DNA of 57,984 bases from Phoronis australis (taxonomy: Eukaryota; Animalia; Phoronida). The stretch is taken from assembly GCA_002633005.1 (NCBI GenBank), contig NMRA01000765.1:101257-159240 (forward strand). Reading direction: 5' to 3'. The notes under the pieces are model-generated. The model made no database searches. It was not told where the DNA came from and worked only from the letters and a program-made list of their open reading frames with translations. Both the position numbers and the translations under genes were made by a program. Shown here one piece after another: positions 26,201 through 41,200 of the stretch; position 1 is the stretch's first letter, and each line of letters begins with the position of its first letter.

Positions 26201-29200
26201 AATTTTTAAATGGCCCCCGTGGCGCAGAAAACACCAAATCTGTGCGAAAATGGGAATGCGTTGTCGTCTCTTAAATAGAAACCTATTTGCCGAATTTCAT
26301 GAAAATACATTCAACTATGAAGATGGAGGTAAATGTAAAAAAACATTTTGCTACTAGGGGGCACCATGAATTAGTTCGACATGTGTTACCATTTGTCATC
26401 GGCTCCATAAGGAACACATCTTTCAAAGCGTTAAGGAGATTTGGCTTCAGACACAAAAACAAAATCACCACTAGGGGGGGGCGATACAGTAGTCGGACCT
26501 GTGCATAAGTCAACACCAGTCCTAAGCCTTCTCATCAGGAACAAATATGTAAAATAATTCTTATATTGATCTTTTAACCGGTATTACAGATAGGGAGGTG
26601 GATATCAGAAAATGGATGCAAAAATAACAAAAAATGGCCACAAGGTGGCACAGAAAACATCAAATCAAAATGGCCACTAGCGGGCAACATAGTAGTCAGA
26701 CTTGTACGTGGCCATCTCATCAGCAAAACATCCATAAATCCTTATAATCCTTTGAGCGGCATGGCAGTTATAAAGCTGGGTGTTAGAAAACGGACTCAAA
26801 AATAACAAAAATGTCTACAAGGTGGCATTGAATTTCTGGAAGCCATTCGAAAATGGAATAGCATCTATAATGTTCTCATATTAAAAACCTGTTTGCCAAA
26901 TTTCGCGAAAATCCAACAAGGAACTCCAAAGATACAGATCAGAGGCAAATGTAAAAAAACTACCACCAGGGGGCACAGTGGTATTCAGGTTGATTGAAAA
27001 CTCGTTGCCATGTCGTCAGCCACATAAGAACACAGTCACATACCTGCCAAATTCCAATAAGATCCAGCAAGAGGTTTAGGGGATACAGCCACACACGCTG
27101 GATGCCCACACAGAGATGACAGCAAATGCACCCACATATAAATTTAAAAATATGTGGACGCATAACAACAGGCATTTCTCCGTTTTATTCAAAAACGTCA
27201 CTGATGAACTTTTTCCAATCTTTGCCATTACAAAAAAATAGGTTGGGGCATATCAACAAAGGAACAGAACCAGCAATTTCTATTACTTCTCTTTTCTTCT
27301 ATTGCACTAAACCGACTTTTGCTGTTCAAACCACGAAAAAATACAAATGGACGAACACACGGATGGACTGGGATGAGGGCACAATGCACCCACATATTAA
27401 TATGTGGGCACAAAATATGTCCAGTTTTGAGTTATACTTCGTCAACATTATAAATAGTCTAGTAAATGCACAGTGGGCAGAGGGGAGGAGTTTTAATTTT
27501 TTTATGGAACTGATTCAGTGGAAATCCTTTATAAGGAGAGATTTGGAAAACACTTGAGTGTACTTTTTGCTACCAAAAATTGTATATCTGGACACCTATA
27601 AGCAATTTTTCCATAACAAATCAGTCACCAATAAAACTTAATGAAAACATTCATATCCATGGTAAGTTTCCTCACTGATGTAGCAGAACTTCTTTTCGTT
27701 GGCATCATACGTCCAGTCTCCGTTCTTATTGTCTCTGTAAGTGAGGGGGGCATCACTCATGTTTTGGTTCTTTACATGTGATGATAGAACTTTCACATAG
27801 TCAGGCATCATACGAACATACTGGCAGATAATAATCCAGTCCTTTCTCTGAAAACAAACAAATTAAAGGACTTCACTCCACTGACCTAGTACACCTCAAC
27901 ATAAGATCTGAGAAGGTGTAGAGAAGAGCATGGAAGAGCAAGTTCGAGGCATGAACAGGTGGTTTAAAGGAGAAAGCAACCTTCTTCATGTCAATTTTAG
28001 CAAAAATACAGTTTGCTGATTATCCCAGACTTATTTACAGTTAATAATGGCTTCCTGTAAGCTTACTAATTAGTCGAGTCTTACTACGCAAGTGACGCTT
28101 AGGGGTTGAAAATATCCTGCAATTTCTTATCACAGCAAACCTTGGTGAAATTCAGTCAGTTTAGCGCAGGCTTTATTGCCCCAAGTTTATTGCTCCTCTA
28201 TAATTCCGAATCTAATGCACCATGCATGACTATTGTCCAGCTCAGCAGAAGATAACTGACTTTCAGGGTACTACTTTCTCAGGTCAAGAGGTCATTCACA
28301 GCTGTTGCTATGATGGTGGAATGACTAACTTGCATACTATAAAAGGTAGAGATCTGTGATAATGTCTGGTGAACAACTGCACTAGGAAGCATGTACTTTT
28401 AGTCAAATTTTCTGCAAAATGTCACAAGAAAAGCTAAATGTTTTCTGAAAATAGAAAGATTGGATGATTTTTTACTGAACGCGAGGAAACAATGTTGCAG
28501 GAATATCGAGGCATGGCCAAATTTCATTTTATACCTCAAAATCAGTTTTCAAAATGTCCTTTTTATTTTATGCGGCTTTTCAAAATGAAAACCGATATTT
28601 TTATAAAAATCATTAATTACAGCATCAATTTTTTATGGTATCTTATTAAAAAACTAGCCAGTTTTGTCTGGAGAACAACATCGATAGCATAGTGTCAGTT
28701 TCATTTGTGTCAGATAAGCTGTTTTTGAGATAGCATGTTGGCAAAATTTCTAAATTTTCATTATTTTTACCACAAAGTAAGAAAATTTTAAACCTGGAGG
28801 AGAAGGTTTATATCGAAATTAAGTACGGCATGAACAGCTAAACCATTGATAGGCAGGTAAATTTAAAATGCGATATTCGAGCAAAAGTGAGGTTTATTAC
28901 AAAAAGAGTCAAAGCATCATTTTCCAAATCACTGTGAAGACAGGATATATAGAAAGTAATAAAAATGTAATACTGGTTAAAATCCCTTCTAAATACCGAC
29001 ATAGACACAAGCACAAAAGTTAAATACTCACAGGCTGTATAAGAATCAAACATATCCAAAATGACCAGGTACCAAAATGCAGTGCCACACAGCATAAAAA
29101 TAAGATTTTTATTACGACTGCTTCATGCATTTACTGCTGTGTATCACACTATGTACTACAGGAAGAACTTTATACTGAAACTTGCATGTCTATTATATAT

Positions 29201-32200
29201 CTATAAAATATCTACAAAAATACAGCAGAGCACAAGTATATGGAAGCACATCCACAGTTTCTCTGGAATAATACCGCAAAATGTCATATACAAGCCAGTA
29301 CACCAATCAGGTAACCAACTTGGTCCACAAAATACGATTGCCAGTAAGAAGACCTAGGTGTCACTACCAAATCAAATTTGTTAACGAACAATCTACAACT
29401 AATCTAAAGGACCAATAACATTTTGTGTATGCGACGTCAGGTGATGATGGACACACATCTACTCAGGAAATGCATTTAAGCCAAGGGCTCTAGTTTCATG
29501 AAAGTTTGTCATTGTATTGCAAAATGGTTATAGGCAGTAGACCCTCCAAAAATTTGCTCGCTTCATATGATAAACTCCATTTGTTGCCAACTAGACGCAA
29601 AGACCAGTGCATCATAGAAAATAAACCTAATACAATTATTAGTTTTCATTTTTTTCATTTTCAACAGTGAGCAGGAAGGACGTCACCTTTTAATTTAACC
29701 ACATATTATAAAATTGAAATTTGAGTGGAGGTGGCTATCTCAATGACAGAATTACAAGAACACTTGAAATGGAAGTCTTCTGAAGTTTTTTAAATTCATG
29801 TGTTAATCTATTAAAATAATAAACCAAAGGCATGAAGAAACATGACCTGAAGACGCCAGTGAACATATTATTTCAGGCCTTCATTATGGCAAGCTAATTC
29901 TATGCTCTGGTCACTGAGTCACAGAAATGAAAGAACAATCAGAGGACGATTATGATTTAATCCACAGTTCAAATTAAAATCAAGTGCTTTCAGTCGCAAT
30001 TATATATTTGGTTTCTACAGTGAAAGACTTTCAAGGTAGTTGAAGGTTACATCTACTACAGATAACTGAAATAATCTCAGTACAGTAAAGTTGTATGTAA
30101 GCCAAAATTATCAAACCAAAATTTTACCAAAATAAGTAACTTAGAATGCATAGTACTTTAGAGCACTTAAGCATTAAATTTAATTTACATTGATATAAAA
30201 GTGGACATGCCTAACTATTACCATGGCGACCAGAGGTGTTTCCTTACACTAGAATTCGACAAGCAAGATTTGAAAAAACAAGAAGTTACATGAAAAATGG
30301 ATTGCAGCCTGGAAGCTTCAAAATCCAACATAGCCTAATAATCTAATTAAGAGTACTAATAAAATCTACATTTTGTTGCCTTGTTAACTTGAATAAGAAA
30401 GCAATAAGTTACAAGGGATGTATTAACAGAACCATTCACACGTAAAGTTTAGAGAGTAGAACTATGCGCGTATTAGCTACAACGTTCTGAGTTCAGAGAG
30501 CAATTAATGAGTTGTTTGACAAAAGAAATGTTCGAAAAACTAATTCAGGTGTTTTTTATGGTTGGGAATGTTTATGCTTTAGACTCCGCAACCCAATGAA
30601 TTGTCAACGTCAGGTTTAGTGCGTCTGTCTCATCTCGAACGCCCGGCACGGCTAACTTGAGTTGCCATTCCGCATTGCGTGAAACATGCTATGTAATGAA
30701 GACAAGAATAGGAGGTCGACCACGTAGATTTTTCAGGCTCGATTCTATCGGAAGAGTTTTGTTCTGGCTGAAGCCGGCCAGTGTAGAAACAAATTTAAAG
30801 TATTCCGGGTGGCTATACACGTAGGTGGAAGCTATATCTACACAGACAGGCCTAAGTGGAGCAGTTTGACCCACGGAATTGTATCGTAATAGCATTTCTT
30901 ACTATTGCAGTCATTTAGTTTCTTATTGCCGCAAGCATTCACGTAAAGTATTTGCGTTTAACACTGATCTTTTTAGGAAATACGGTAAGCGCCTACTGCT
31001 GAGTTTCGAGAAATTTCAATTAAGTACCAGGGCACACAACAAGAACTGCCAGCGACATTGGTAAAATTTGCTAAACTCAGAACCTGGCTTGCATTTTTTA
31101 TATTTCAAGATCACACACATATGTCCAGTAACGTAGGCAGCAAATTAACCCTGTGAGGCACACTGTCCTTTTGGTCGCCACGGCATCCTCGGTAACCCAG
31201 CAGAACACATTTCCAGTAAACAACGTCGGGGGAATTTCATCAAAATAGGGAGAATTTGAGACCTTTCCATGAGGTATGAGAATTGTTCAAAATCCGAGAC
31301 TTTCTCTTCTAAATCGAATTGGGAGTGTTGGCAAAACCACCATCACATTTCTGTGGCCTGATTTTTTCGAATACATGTTTTATCTACTAAGTGCAGTGCA
31401 GTCGGAAAATAAGCGCCGCAGACGGAATTGCAGAAAGCACAGCTTCCAGAGGCGGCATGGTTCATGAAATTTGCCAGTATGGCAAGAAAATAAAGTGCCT
31501 AAGAGTTCAAGTATTATATTTTGAAGTAAATGCATCACCTGGGAAAATAATTTGTTACTTGTTATCATTCACATTGCCAATCCACCGTCTCAGAGGCTGT
31601 CGTTGCACTGGTTGTTATTGTCGATCTTTATCTCTAATAATTTGAACACTAGACTTTCTTCTCTAATAGTTTGTATGGCCAATTTTGTCTCTATTAATTA
31701 TTTGGTACACGAAGCTCTCTAGGGAAAAATAGTTCGTACACAAGTGCACGAACTAATAAAGAAAACATATTAACTACAACTAAATAGCTTTGAAACAACC
31801 ACCTTAAGCAATTTTTAAGGCGTTACTGAATGGATTTGGGTTGTTTACCATATGGAGCAAATGAGTTTAACGGACAACGTTATTTTATAGCATCACCAGC
31901 TGACTGACAGCATTGTAATACCAATAAGGGTTAATTATTTCTCCATCTTTTGAAATAATGATGTAACCTGGAATTATATGGATCAGCTAGTTCACATAAT
32001 TATCCAGTTTTAAGCCACTACTTCCCCTAATTGTTTACTTCTAATGTTATGGGAGTCAATGGTGACATTTGCTTCTCCCCTGTGAGGGACGCTGCAATAT
32101 TAAATCCTCAGACCTCATTACTGCAAAGTGATTTTGATCTCAGACCAAACTGTTCTGTGTACAAGGAGCAATGCTCCCCAAAACTCCAAAGTGTCCACAT

Positions 32201-35200
32201 TAGCGGGAAAGGCCTGTTAAGTGAATAGCCTGGTGCCCTACTTAAAACAGTATGTTGTTGGATGAAATAATACTGAAACATAGCACGGTTGTTTTCAAAT
32301 GACCCTTGACATTATGAAGCTAATGAATCTTAATATACTTGCTTGTTGACAAACTATAAGTTATCATGAAACGGTCAAGTTTTTTAATGTGCAGTTAAGG
32401 CCTCTTACCTCTATGGGGCTGAAGAGTCCCGAATACGTGATTTTGGAAGGGGAGCATCTATCCCACTTGAGTGTGTTCTCATGACCAAGCAGAAGGTTAA
32501 ACATCCATCCAGGCATATACACAAAGGACAAACGCAGTGGGGACCATGGGGAAGAGTCACTTCCGTAAGAGTTGGTGGTAGTCACTGGTGCATAGTTACA
32601 ATACTTCGGAGTGACGACTTTCACGATAAATCGCGTCATTTTCACCGAGGGCTTACACAGACAAGATTTGACTTTGATGCTGTAATCTGAAATGGGTTTG
32701 CACTTGTCCGAAGGTAGAGTTTTCAGACAGGGAAGGATCTTCGATCCGGGCGACGAGTTATCAGCTAAAGTTCCGTCCATGTCATTAAGTATTGTCTCGT
32801 GTGTCCACTCAAAATAGCCACGTTTGGGTGAGTCGACAAATGATATTTTCCGGAACCATGCATTAAAGCCGCCACACAACGAATCACATCTGCAGTGGAT
32901 GCGAGTGACAGCAAAAGCGGATGACTTGTCGAGCTTGAAATTTACAAACTCCGTGTTCTCCACATACTGACCTTCAGAGACGGGCAAGATAACACCATGC
33001 TCAACTGGACCATCCAACTGCTTCTCACTTACATCACAAGCGATGATTGTCGAGTTGACTACGATTGCTTTGCCTCTTACCTCATGTGCAGATTTACCCT
33101 CAATGCCAGTTCTCGCGTTACAATAAACAACAAAATTGGCAAAAGTAACCTGTCCAACATTGACAAATTCCGCTCCCTTCTCATTATGCCAGGCAACAAA
33201 ATCTCGAAATACAGCAGGAACATGAGGCCCAGATGGAGCAGCACTTTCCCGAGGCAGGTACCACTCAAAGATCCACAGCCCAAACCAACCATTTGAATGA
33301 ACTGTATTATTCCAGAACACTCTTAGAGGCACGTATTGGGGCCAAATGTCTTTGTCATACGATGGACCGTCAGGATGTGCCTTTAAGCGGTACCAAAAGC
33401 CAAAATGACTGCCACCAGAAACTCTGTTGTGTTGAATCGTATTGTTAGGATGCGTTACCCAAAATGCCGCTGGGGTGACGTCATCGTTGAGCAGACTGGA
33501 GCTGTCTCGCACTTTTACCAGAAGGTTGTATTGGAAAGTGTTTCCCATCTCGATGCCATCTTCCAGAAACATGGCACCACCCATGATATTGTAGCCAACG
33601 TTGTGTTCAACCAGTACGTTGTGAGAGTTGTGTATGTTGACGGCGCGGTTGAACGTCCAGTGGATGGCGCAGCCACGCACGTATGATGTCTCGGCATTTC
33701 CCAGAAGGTGAAAATGTATTGGGTAACGTCCCAGACGGAATGCTTGGCCCATGTATGTCAGCTCCACATGAGAAATGTGACCTGCAAAAGAGAAAATCAT
33801 GAACATCAAGTATAATAGTCTCCGTCTCAGTAAATTTCATTTCCTACCAACGGTTAAGTCCTAAGAGACGTAAAAAAGTACTCAATACCATACCTTGAAA
33901 GTCTTTAAATAATGTTGCCATTTCAATAATTTCAATGCTTAACTCGGAGCATTGATATGCGGCTATCGTGTGCATCGTATATCATGCAGATACAAGGGAT
34001 GATTACCATTTTAAACCAGTCCAATAAATGAAGCAATGCGACTAAACTTAAAATAGCCTCAAGTGGGTGCATAGCAAGTCAGCCATGTTCTTCTCATTAG
34101 AAACACACCTGGCAAGACCTTAAAAATTAAACTGGCACTGGGGACTACAGTGGTAGACAGATACCATCGGATGTCGCAGCAGCGCCTGGTGAAGTAAAGC
34201 TTGAAACCGTTACGTTGTATAAATGTCTGGTAACGCACAAAAGATTTCAGAGAGATTTATCAGCATATGGTCTCTATAACGTAACTAGCCCCATTGTATG
34301 ATCCGTGTACAGTGTCAATTGACAGGTCATAAAACTTATAACTGCAGCGTAGTTGTTTTTAGTTGCAAAAACGCACCTTCTCAACTTTTAGTTGGAGGTC
34401 AAGTTTGATATTTTATTCAAATTTGTGAAAAAAATACAGCAAATCCATACTTAACACTTCTGAATTTGTTGTTTGTGCCTAACCAGATTGTCCTAGCAAC
34501 ACATTAATACAATAGAGGGGTCTGAATAGAACACCATTGCGTGCCTGTGTTATTCCCAGCTGCTTGAATCAAAAGGTGATTCTAGTGGTGCAAGCCAACA
34601 CGCTTAGCAGTTCGTTACATTTGGCAATTTATAGCACTAGTGGGCTCAGATCGATGGCCTTAACATACTATAGGAACCTAATTTATAGGTGTTACCATTG
34701 AAGATAGGCTTTAAAACTTATTACGGTTCACAGCTCTATTCATAACCCTTACCAACAGCTTCATGTGTGTCCTTCTCACGAGAATGGACCAGGATGTGGC
34801 CACCAAACTGGTCGGAACCCACCTCTTTTCCGAATCGCCCTTGGAAACATGTTTGAGTGGCAAATTCACCTGAAACACATAAACAGCACTTTGACATGCT
34901 ATAAACATTCCCACTAAATAAGATTGGTCCTTAAACACTGCTTGTCAAGGAAAATGGTGGGGTTTGGAAAATTGAACTAGACCGTATTTATCCACCTTGG
35001 CTGAGTCGCGCTCGGCTCACAATCAGAGGGATGCCGCCAAGCTGCTCTATTCATCCAGTCACGAGTGAGGATAATTGGCTTCGCTCATGCGGATATGATC
35101 AGCTGATTACAATCTAGCTAAAAGACTGTACTTTTTATGGAGAGAGTTTTACGAACTACTTTTTACTATAATAATATTTGAAAAGAGAAGCGAAAACAAA

Positions 35201-38200
35201 TATGAGCACAACTTTGAATTTTTCAAATCGGCCCAGGATAAGAGATTTTGCAATACAGCAACACTCATGATTACTTTCATTCGGCGCGCACAAATACAAA
35301 AATATAGCACCCAAGTTATTTAGATTTTGGAACACATGCATTGCAATATTCAAAATACGTTTATTATGAATCTTACAAGCTGTAAAACGACGTTGTTTAA
35401 TTTCATTGTGCTCATTCATTTGTCATCCGTCAAATCGGCAATTTCCGAGATGTGATCTGCGGCGTGCACGTATATGTACAAAACAAGTGATTGTTATGTT
35501 CCTGAAGTACATGTACGAAAATTAAGAAATTTTAGCATGCCGTTATTATTGACAGGGACACGATAAAACAAATTTGGATTTTGATTATAGTCTTCGATAC
35601 AGCAAGCTGGCTGACCACTGCGTCAGTGTCTCCGTTAGACCCAGAAATTTCACACAGCCGGGTAGTTCACCTCATCCCTAACACGTAGATCGAGCCTATG
35701 ACTATTAACACTCCAAGGTAGAGCTAACGACAGTCGGCCTGTGCACACAAAATATGTGAGTTAACCAGCACTCACCTTGCACGTTGCAGCCGTTTAAGTG
35801 AAAAACAATCTAGTAAATGCCATTTTCTTGCATAATCCTCCGCCTTTTGTAACAAAAAAGTCTGTCGTCGATGACCCGCAGACGCACGTTCACTCACTCT
35901 CATACGCAGACGAACTTCAAAACAAACGTCACATGACAACAACATGTGTGTTCATCTAGAGATTTTTCTCATGTTGTGGGGTACGATGTAGCGCAGATTT
36001 GGACTTAATCGCAATTAATCCAGACTCCACATGAACTTTAAAAATTGTAAAACATAAGGAAGATTTCAGGTAATTTGTTGAGTCGAAACTATATTTTTAT
36101 TCAAGAGTTCAAGTTTTCCTATTGACGATCGCGATTCAGCGACGCATCAGTCGGCAAGTTTTCGCCCTGTGATGAGCACAATTTTTTGAAAAAGTATTGT
36201 AATTTAACAACGGAAGTTGATAGCAAATGCACCACAATTTTGTAGAAAGACTCTCATAGGCTACAAAAACGTCACAGAGCGTAAATTTGATGAATCCTAG
36301 CTTCCGATTTTACCCGTTTGGGAAACCGGGTTTCAACTGCCGTAGGCTACAATAAGCGTCCCCTACCCGTGAAATGAATTTTTCTAAGCGTTTACTAGAG
36401 TCAATACAGTATACAGCTTTCCACCAAGGCTAAGTGATGCTATGACATTATTCTTTGTTGCATTAGTAACTGGTCTTGGCTAATTATCATTTTATGGCCT
36501 GGTCATCAATTCAGCCAAAAGTAGTTCCAGAGGAGGCTTATCAGCCAATTATTCACGCATGCTGACTCACAATAGAAGCCTGATAAGAGTGAAGGTGGAT
36601 AAATGCAGTGTTCCTACAGTTTTTTGTGGTAGTGGATGTGTTCACGACATGGAAATTTTGCATTTTGGGCTTGGAGGGGTAACTAGTCTGCACAGAACTG
36701 CAGACCATTGTAAATCATCAATGTAAAGCACATAGAAACACACAATAGACCTTTTGAAATTGACATAAAAGGTCAGTAAAAGTAGTTATTTGACTGTGAA
36801 CACTGCTCTTAGTTACACAACTGGTACAGTTATGAGTAAGTAAACACAACTTAACAAAGGGCTTAAGTTCCTGGCTGAGAAGATAATTGTTTTATTACTC
36901 CCTATGGATTTGAATAGAACAGCCCTGAATATCTAGGATCCGATTGGCCTATAATGTCTGAAACATGTGACTCAGGGTGAAGACTGCTACTTTTTTAGCA
37001 GCAACTGCAAACAGAATGAGCAGGAATCTTAATATCCCAATGCAATGGTGTGGGGTGCATGCTACGATTATTGAACCTTTATTTCAGGACTGGTCTTGAT
37101 ATTAAAGGTACATCTCTTGTTCAACCACGACTTTTATTTAATTTGCCCAGTACAGTGTCCTGGATACACAAGTCAGCTGGAAACGGAATTACATTGCGGT
37201 GTATGGCATACTTTTAAGGTACAAGTGTGGAGTTTAAGGGATCCTATCTGGGAATTTGTACCAAGGGGGTTAAGTGTCACCTGGTGTGGGAGTCAGGTTT
37301 AGATGGCCGTAGCTGAAATTCAGAAGCAAGGCCACGGAATTGTTTCCAACAGCTTATTAATAATGACTAATATTCTTATTAAAATGACATAGGCAAGAAA
37401 TTGAATTTCAGGCCTACATTAGTATCGGAGGCCTCGTGGAAAGGTGGACGTACAGCAGGGCCCCTATATTAATACAGGTGGCCACACTTTTGAGGCTTGA
37501 AATTCAATTCTTGCCTATGCCATTTTAATAAAAATAAGTCATCCTAAAAATAAGCTGTTTTCCTCTCCTAATTATGTCCCTTTACTGTTGTTGTACCCGT
37601 AGCTAAAAGAGAACTTATGAAACTTCAAACCAGCCCTTTCTTAAGGGGATGACCCATTGGATCACTTTAGCTACCAGAAACTTCAGATTGTCCAACTATG
37701 TCTGGTGCTTATACAGGTCAATGTGCAATGGAGTTTACTGTAATTTAATCTAGCCTGCCTTAATCACATCTCATGTAATGGGTTATATTGTAATCTTCAA
37801 TCATAGCCTGCCTTAAGATCATGTTTGTTCACATATTAAAGGAGAATGCCACCCAAAAAACAACCTATTTTGTATCAATTTAGATCGAGTAGTTCTACTC
37901 GTTAACGGCAGGTTTGGTAGCTTACCTGACACCTGATGGCAGACGGAGGTGTTGAAATTATCTAATGAAGTAATTCGTTTCACACGTAGTCTGTTCAGCA
38001 GTTCACAACACGGGTTACTGGTGTAAGCTTATCGCTTGAATTCATTGTTTAACAACAAATCATCAAACTTCAAAGTAAAATCCTTGAAAATACACCGAGT
38101 TCTTATCAAAACGTGATGCTTTATTTCGCTTTTACGGATTTACTGGTATTTGGACACGCCATAGCCTACAAAGTTTGGCAGACCAATTTATCAAGGTCCG

Positions 38201-41200
38201 TAGCAGAAGTTTGGGGTCTGTTCGGAGATAAATTCGAAGTATTCTTCCGTGAAATACAGACAGGAGAACGTAGATCTGTGTTGTTATACTTGTGATTTTT
38301 TGAGTTCTAAATACACAAAACGCTTGTTATCCCGGCCAGTGGCTCGGAACCCGATCAGACCGTCGTGGCCAGACTGACTCGTTATCACGGCCAGGGCTCG
38401 GAACCCAATCAGGCCCGTCATGGCTGCCGGGACTGGCATGAACATAAACCAGATTGAGTTGGAAACTAAACCTCCAGTCACGAAGAGACTATATAATAGT
38501 GAGCCAAAGAAATAATGTGCACATAATTATTTATGTGAATTAGCCACGAAACTGAAAATCTACTTACTTGTCGGGGGCCGCCAAAGTCAGGTTCCCCTTC
38601 CACAGACCGTCAGGGCAAAGGTTGTACAGTAACAATGCTTTGAATAATATTTTTTTCATTTCTAAATAAAGATTCTCCTAACATGTGACAATAGCATATA
38701 AAATCGAGTAATTGTTTCACAACAGCAAACACTGAATTAGCATGCCTTAACACGGCCTCGGTGCCTGGTCAATAAACTTTGTTGCTGGCATCAAAAGCCT
38801 GTAATGCAGTGGTTTATTCATTGCTGGCTTCTCAAAACATTTGCACTCATGAGCACTCCAAGGCATTACATTATCTAATGAGACAGGCTTTGTGACAGTC
38901 AGTTTCATATAAGCATTGGTTCGGATCATAAGAGGATGAGTATAATTCATTTTGAAACAGAACGCCCAATAATAAACGTCTACATGGCATCTCGCCCGGC
39001 GCCAATCCCGACTTAGTCAAGAGCTCATCTGCGAAGACTTCACGGGTCGGATCGTTAGGTTTCACAGCCTATCAGTTCGAACCGGAATACACTGATCAAG
39101 AAATACTAGAGAGGCGCCGTGAACATGCATAGGCAACAGAACATATGGATAGTTCTTTGGTAAGCCAGAATTCGTCAGAGAAATCACTGTCGACGAAATG
39201 CCAGCCACAGACAAGGAAATGTTTTACGTCCTCATACTTGCTATTAACAGCATACCTTTCATTCTTCACTACCGCGAGCAACTTCCTAAGCATTTCGGGC
39301 TCTCGAGGAAGTCAAAAAAACGATATACCCGTTTTCTTTGCAGCTTCATAGTTCGGACAAGCAGGAACCAATGCACTGCAATATAGCGGCATTCACTCTG
39401 CAGACGAACCACTGACGTCGCTGCGTCGCTTCTCACCTTCCTCACAGGTGAATGCGACACCTCTCGGCAAGGTGAGGTCGACGGTATAAGAGGTGATGTG
39501 GATATAGACCGATTAAACTGGTAAAAAAGACTAATTAAATCGGGTGGCATTCTCCTTTAAGTAAGTGTCCAGCAAAATTAGAAACGTAAAAATACATAAG
39601 ATTAGACATTTGAAATATTATTTCAAAATTAACCAAGAATTTTATTGCAAGTTTGCTTCCCATCAGTTTCAAATGTATTCTTCACAAAAATCAAAGTTTG
39701 TTCTTAAACAAATAATAGTGCATTCATGATTACACACCATAGCATTAAAAAAGAGTGCAGTGATGTGCTGTAAAATGTTACAATTTCGTGAAATGTAACA
39801 ATTGTTACACTCTACACCATTTTAGATTGCTATGCCTGTCCTAAAATGTAAGAAGATGTTACAATGTAGTTGATGCATTAGTGCCTACATCATACATGTA
39901 TGACCAACTACTTAGGAATAGTTCACTGCATACCACTTACAATGTACATGTAGGTTCTTAATGCATATGGCTATTGCAATATTGTCTCAATGTCATCAAC
40001 TGTGCATAGCACAAAAGAACATTCTTTGTAAACAATGGTCATACACGCTTTTATACCACAATATTAGTCTCGAATGGCCAACACAACCATGTAATAATCC
40101 ATTTAGTTATCTCACTAGTGAGATAACATTTTGGCGGGAACCGAGGCCGGTTTCGAACCCGGACCACAAGTTTCGGGTCGTCGACTTTAACACTGGTACC
40201 GACATTTATACGCTATGAAAAATAAGCCGCATAATTTCCATAAAAACGATATTTTAGTGAAAATTTTCGCTCATGTTTTCTCACTAAATTGTAAATCACC
40301 AATCTCCAATTTGACTGCAGCAGATATCGTGTCGTCCAGATACTTTGACTTGAGCATTATACTCACTTACCATTGGTAACCAACTTAAATTAGCAGACAG
40401 TATTTTCCCCGGCCAAAGCTTAGTGTGATAAAATGTGCAGTAAGCTATAATAGTTGCTAAACCTTAATTTATAGATTCACCTTATTTTTTTTTTGTTTAA
40501 ATTTTCAATTGGTTTTGAGTAAAAGCATTATTTGACAAAAATAGCACGGCTTTTCTTAAAAGGTCACGACCTCCCACCTCGGGCGTCTGACATAGAAAGT
40601 AGTTACAAAGCCGAGGCGAGTCGAAAAAGGTAGCTTGATTCATTGCAATGTTTCTCATTCAGTATGTGGTATAAATAGATTATTACATGTTCTTAGTCGT
40701 TATCCCCCTTATCTAGAGCCCTCGTGGCTTTTGTAGAATTATCACTCTTGGGGCTAACGCCCCTCGGGCCGATAATTCTCCAAAATCCACTCGGGCTCTC
40801 GAATACGGGGGATGATTTTGCCATGTAATAATCTATATTTATCTGACATCAATTGTTTACCCAGCATTGAAAGCAACAATTTCAGTGCATAGTATTTCAA
40901 GCATGTATTTTCATGAGGATTATTCTCATGAAAAAGGGGCTTGGTTCCAATTTATAACATTATAACTAACACAGTATTAGTAGTTCCAAATTTCCAGCTT
41001 TAACAAGATGAGAAGGGACAACATGGTCTTATAATCAGCCTTACCCGTATCAAAGCCCTCGGGACATGCCTCAATGACCTCGCCAGACCAGTCCATATGC
41101 TGTGCCCCCATGATCTTGATACTGCGTGTCAACAGACCGACCTCTCCACGAAACTCTATTGTTCGTTTGCCATAGGTACGTGTCACGCCCAAGTGGGTGT

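Noticed and set aside
37840-39556. piggyBac assignment for the TTAA elements
   Set aside because: Termini are purine-first (AGG/GG...CCT/CC) and THAP-associated, which fits Kolobok; piggyBac ends are CC...GG.
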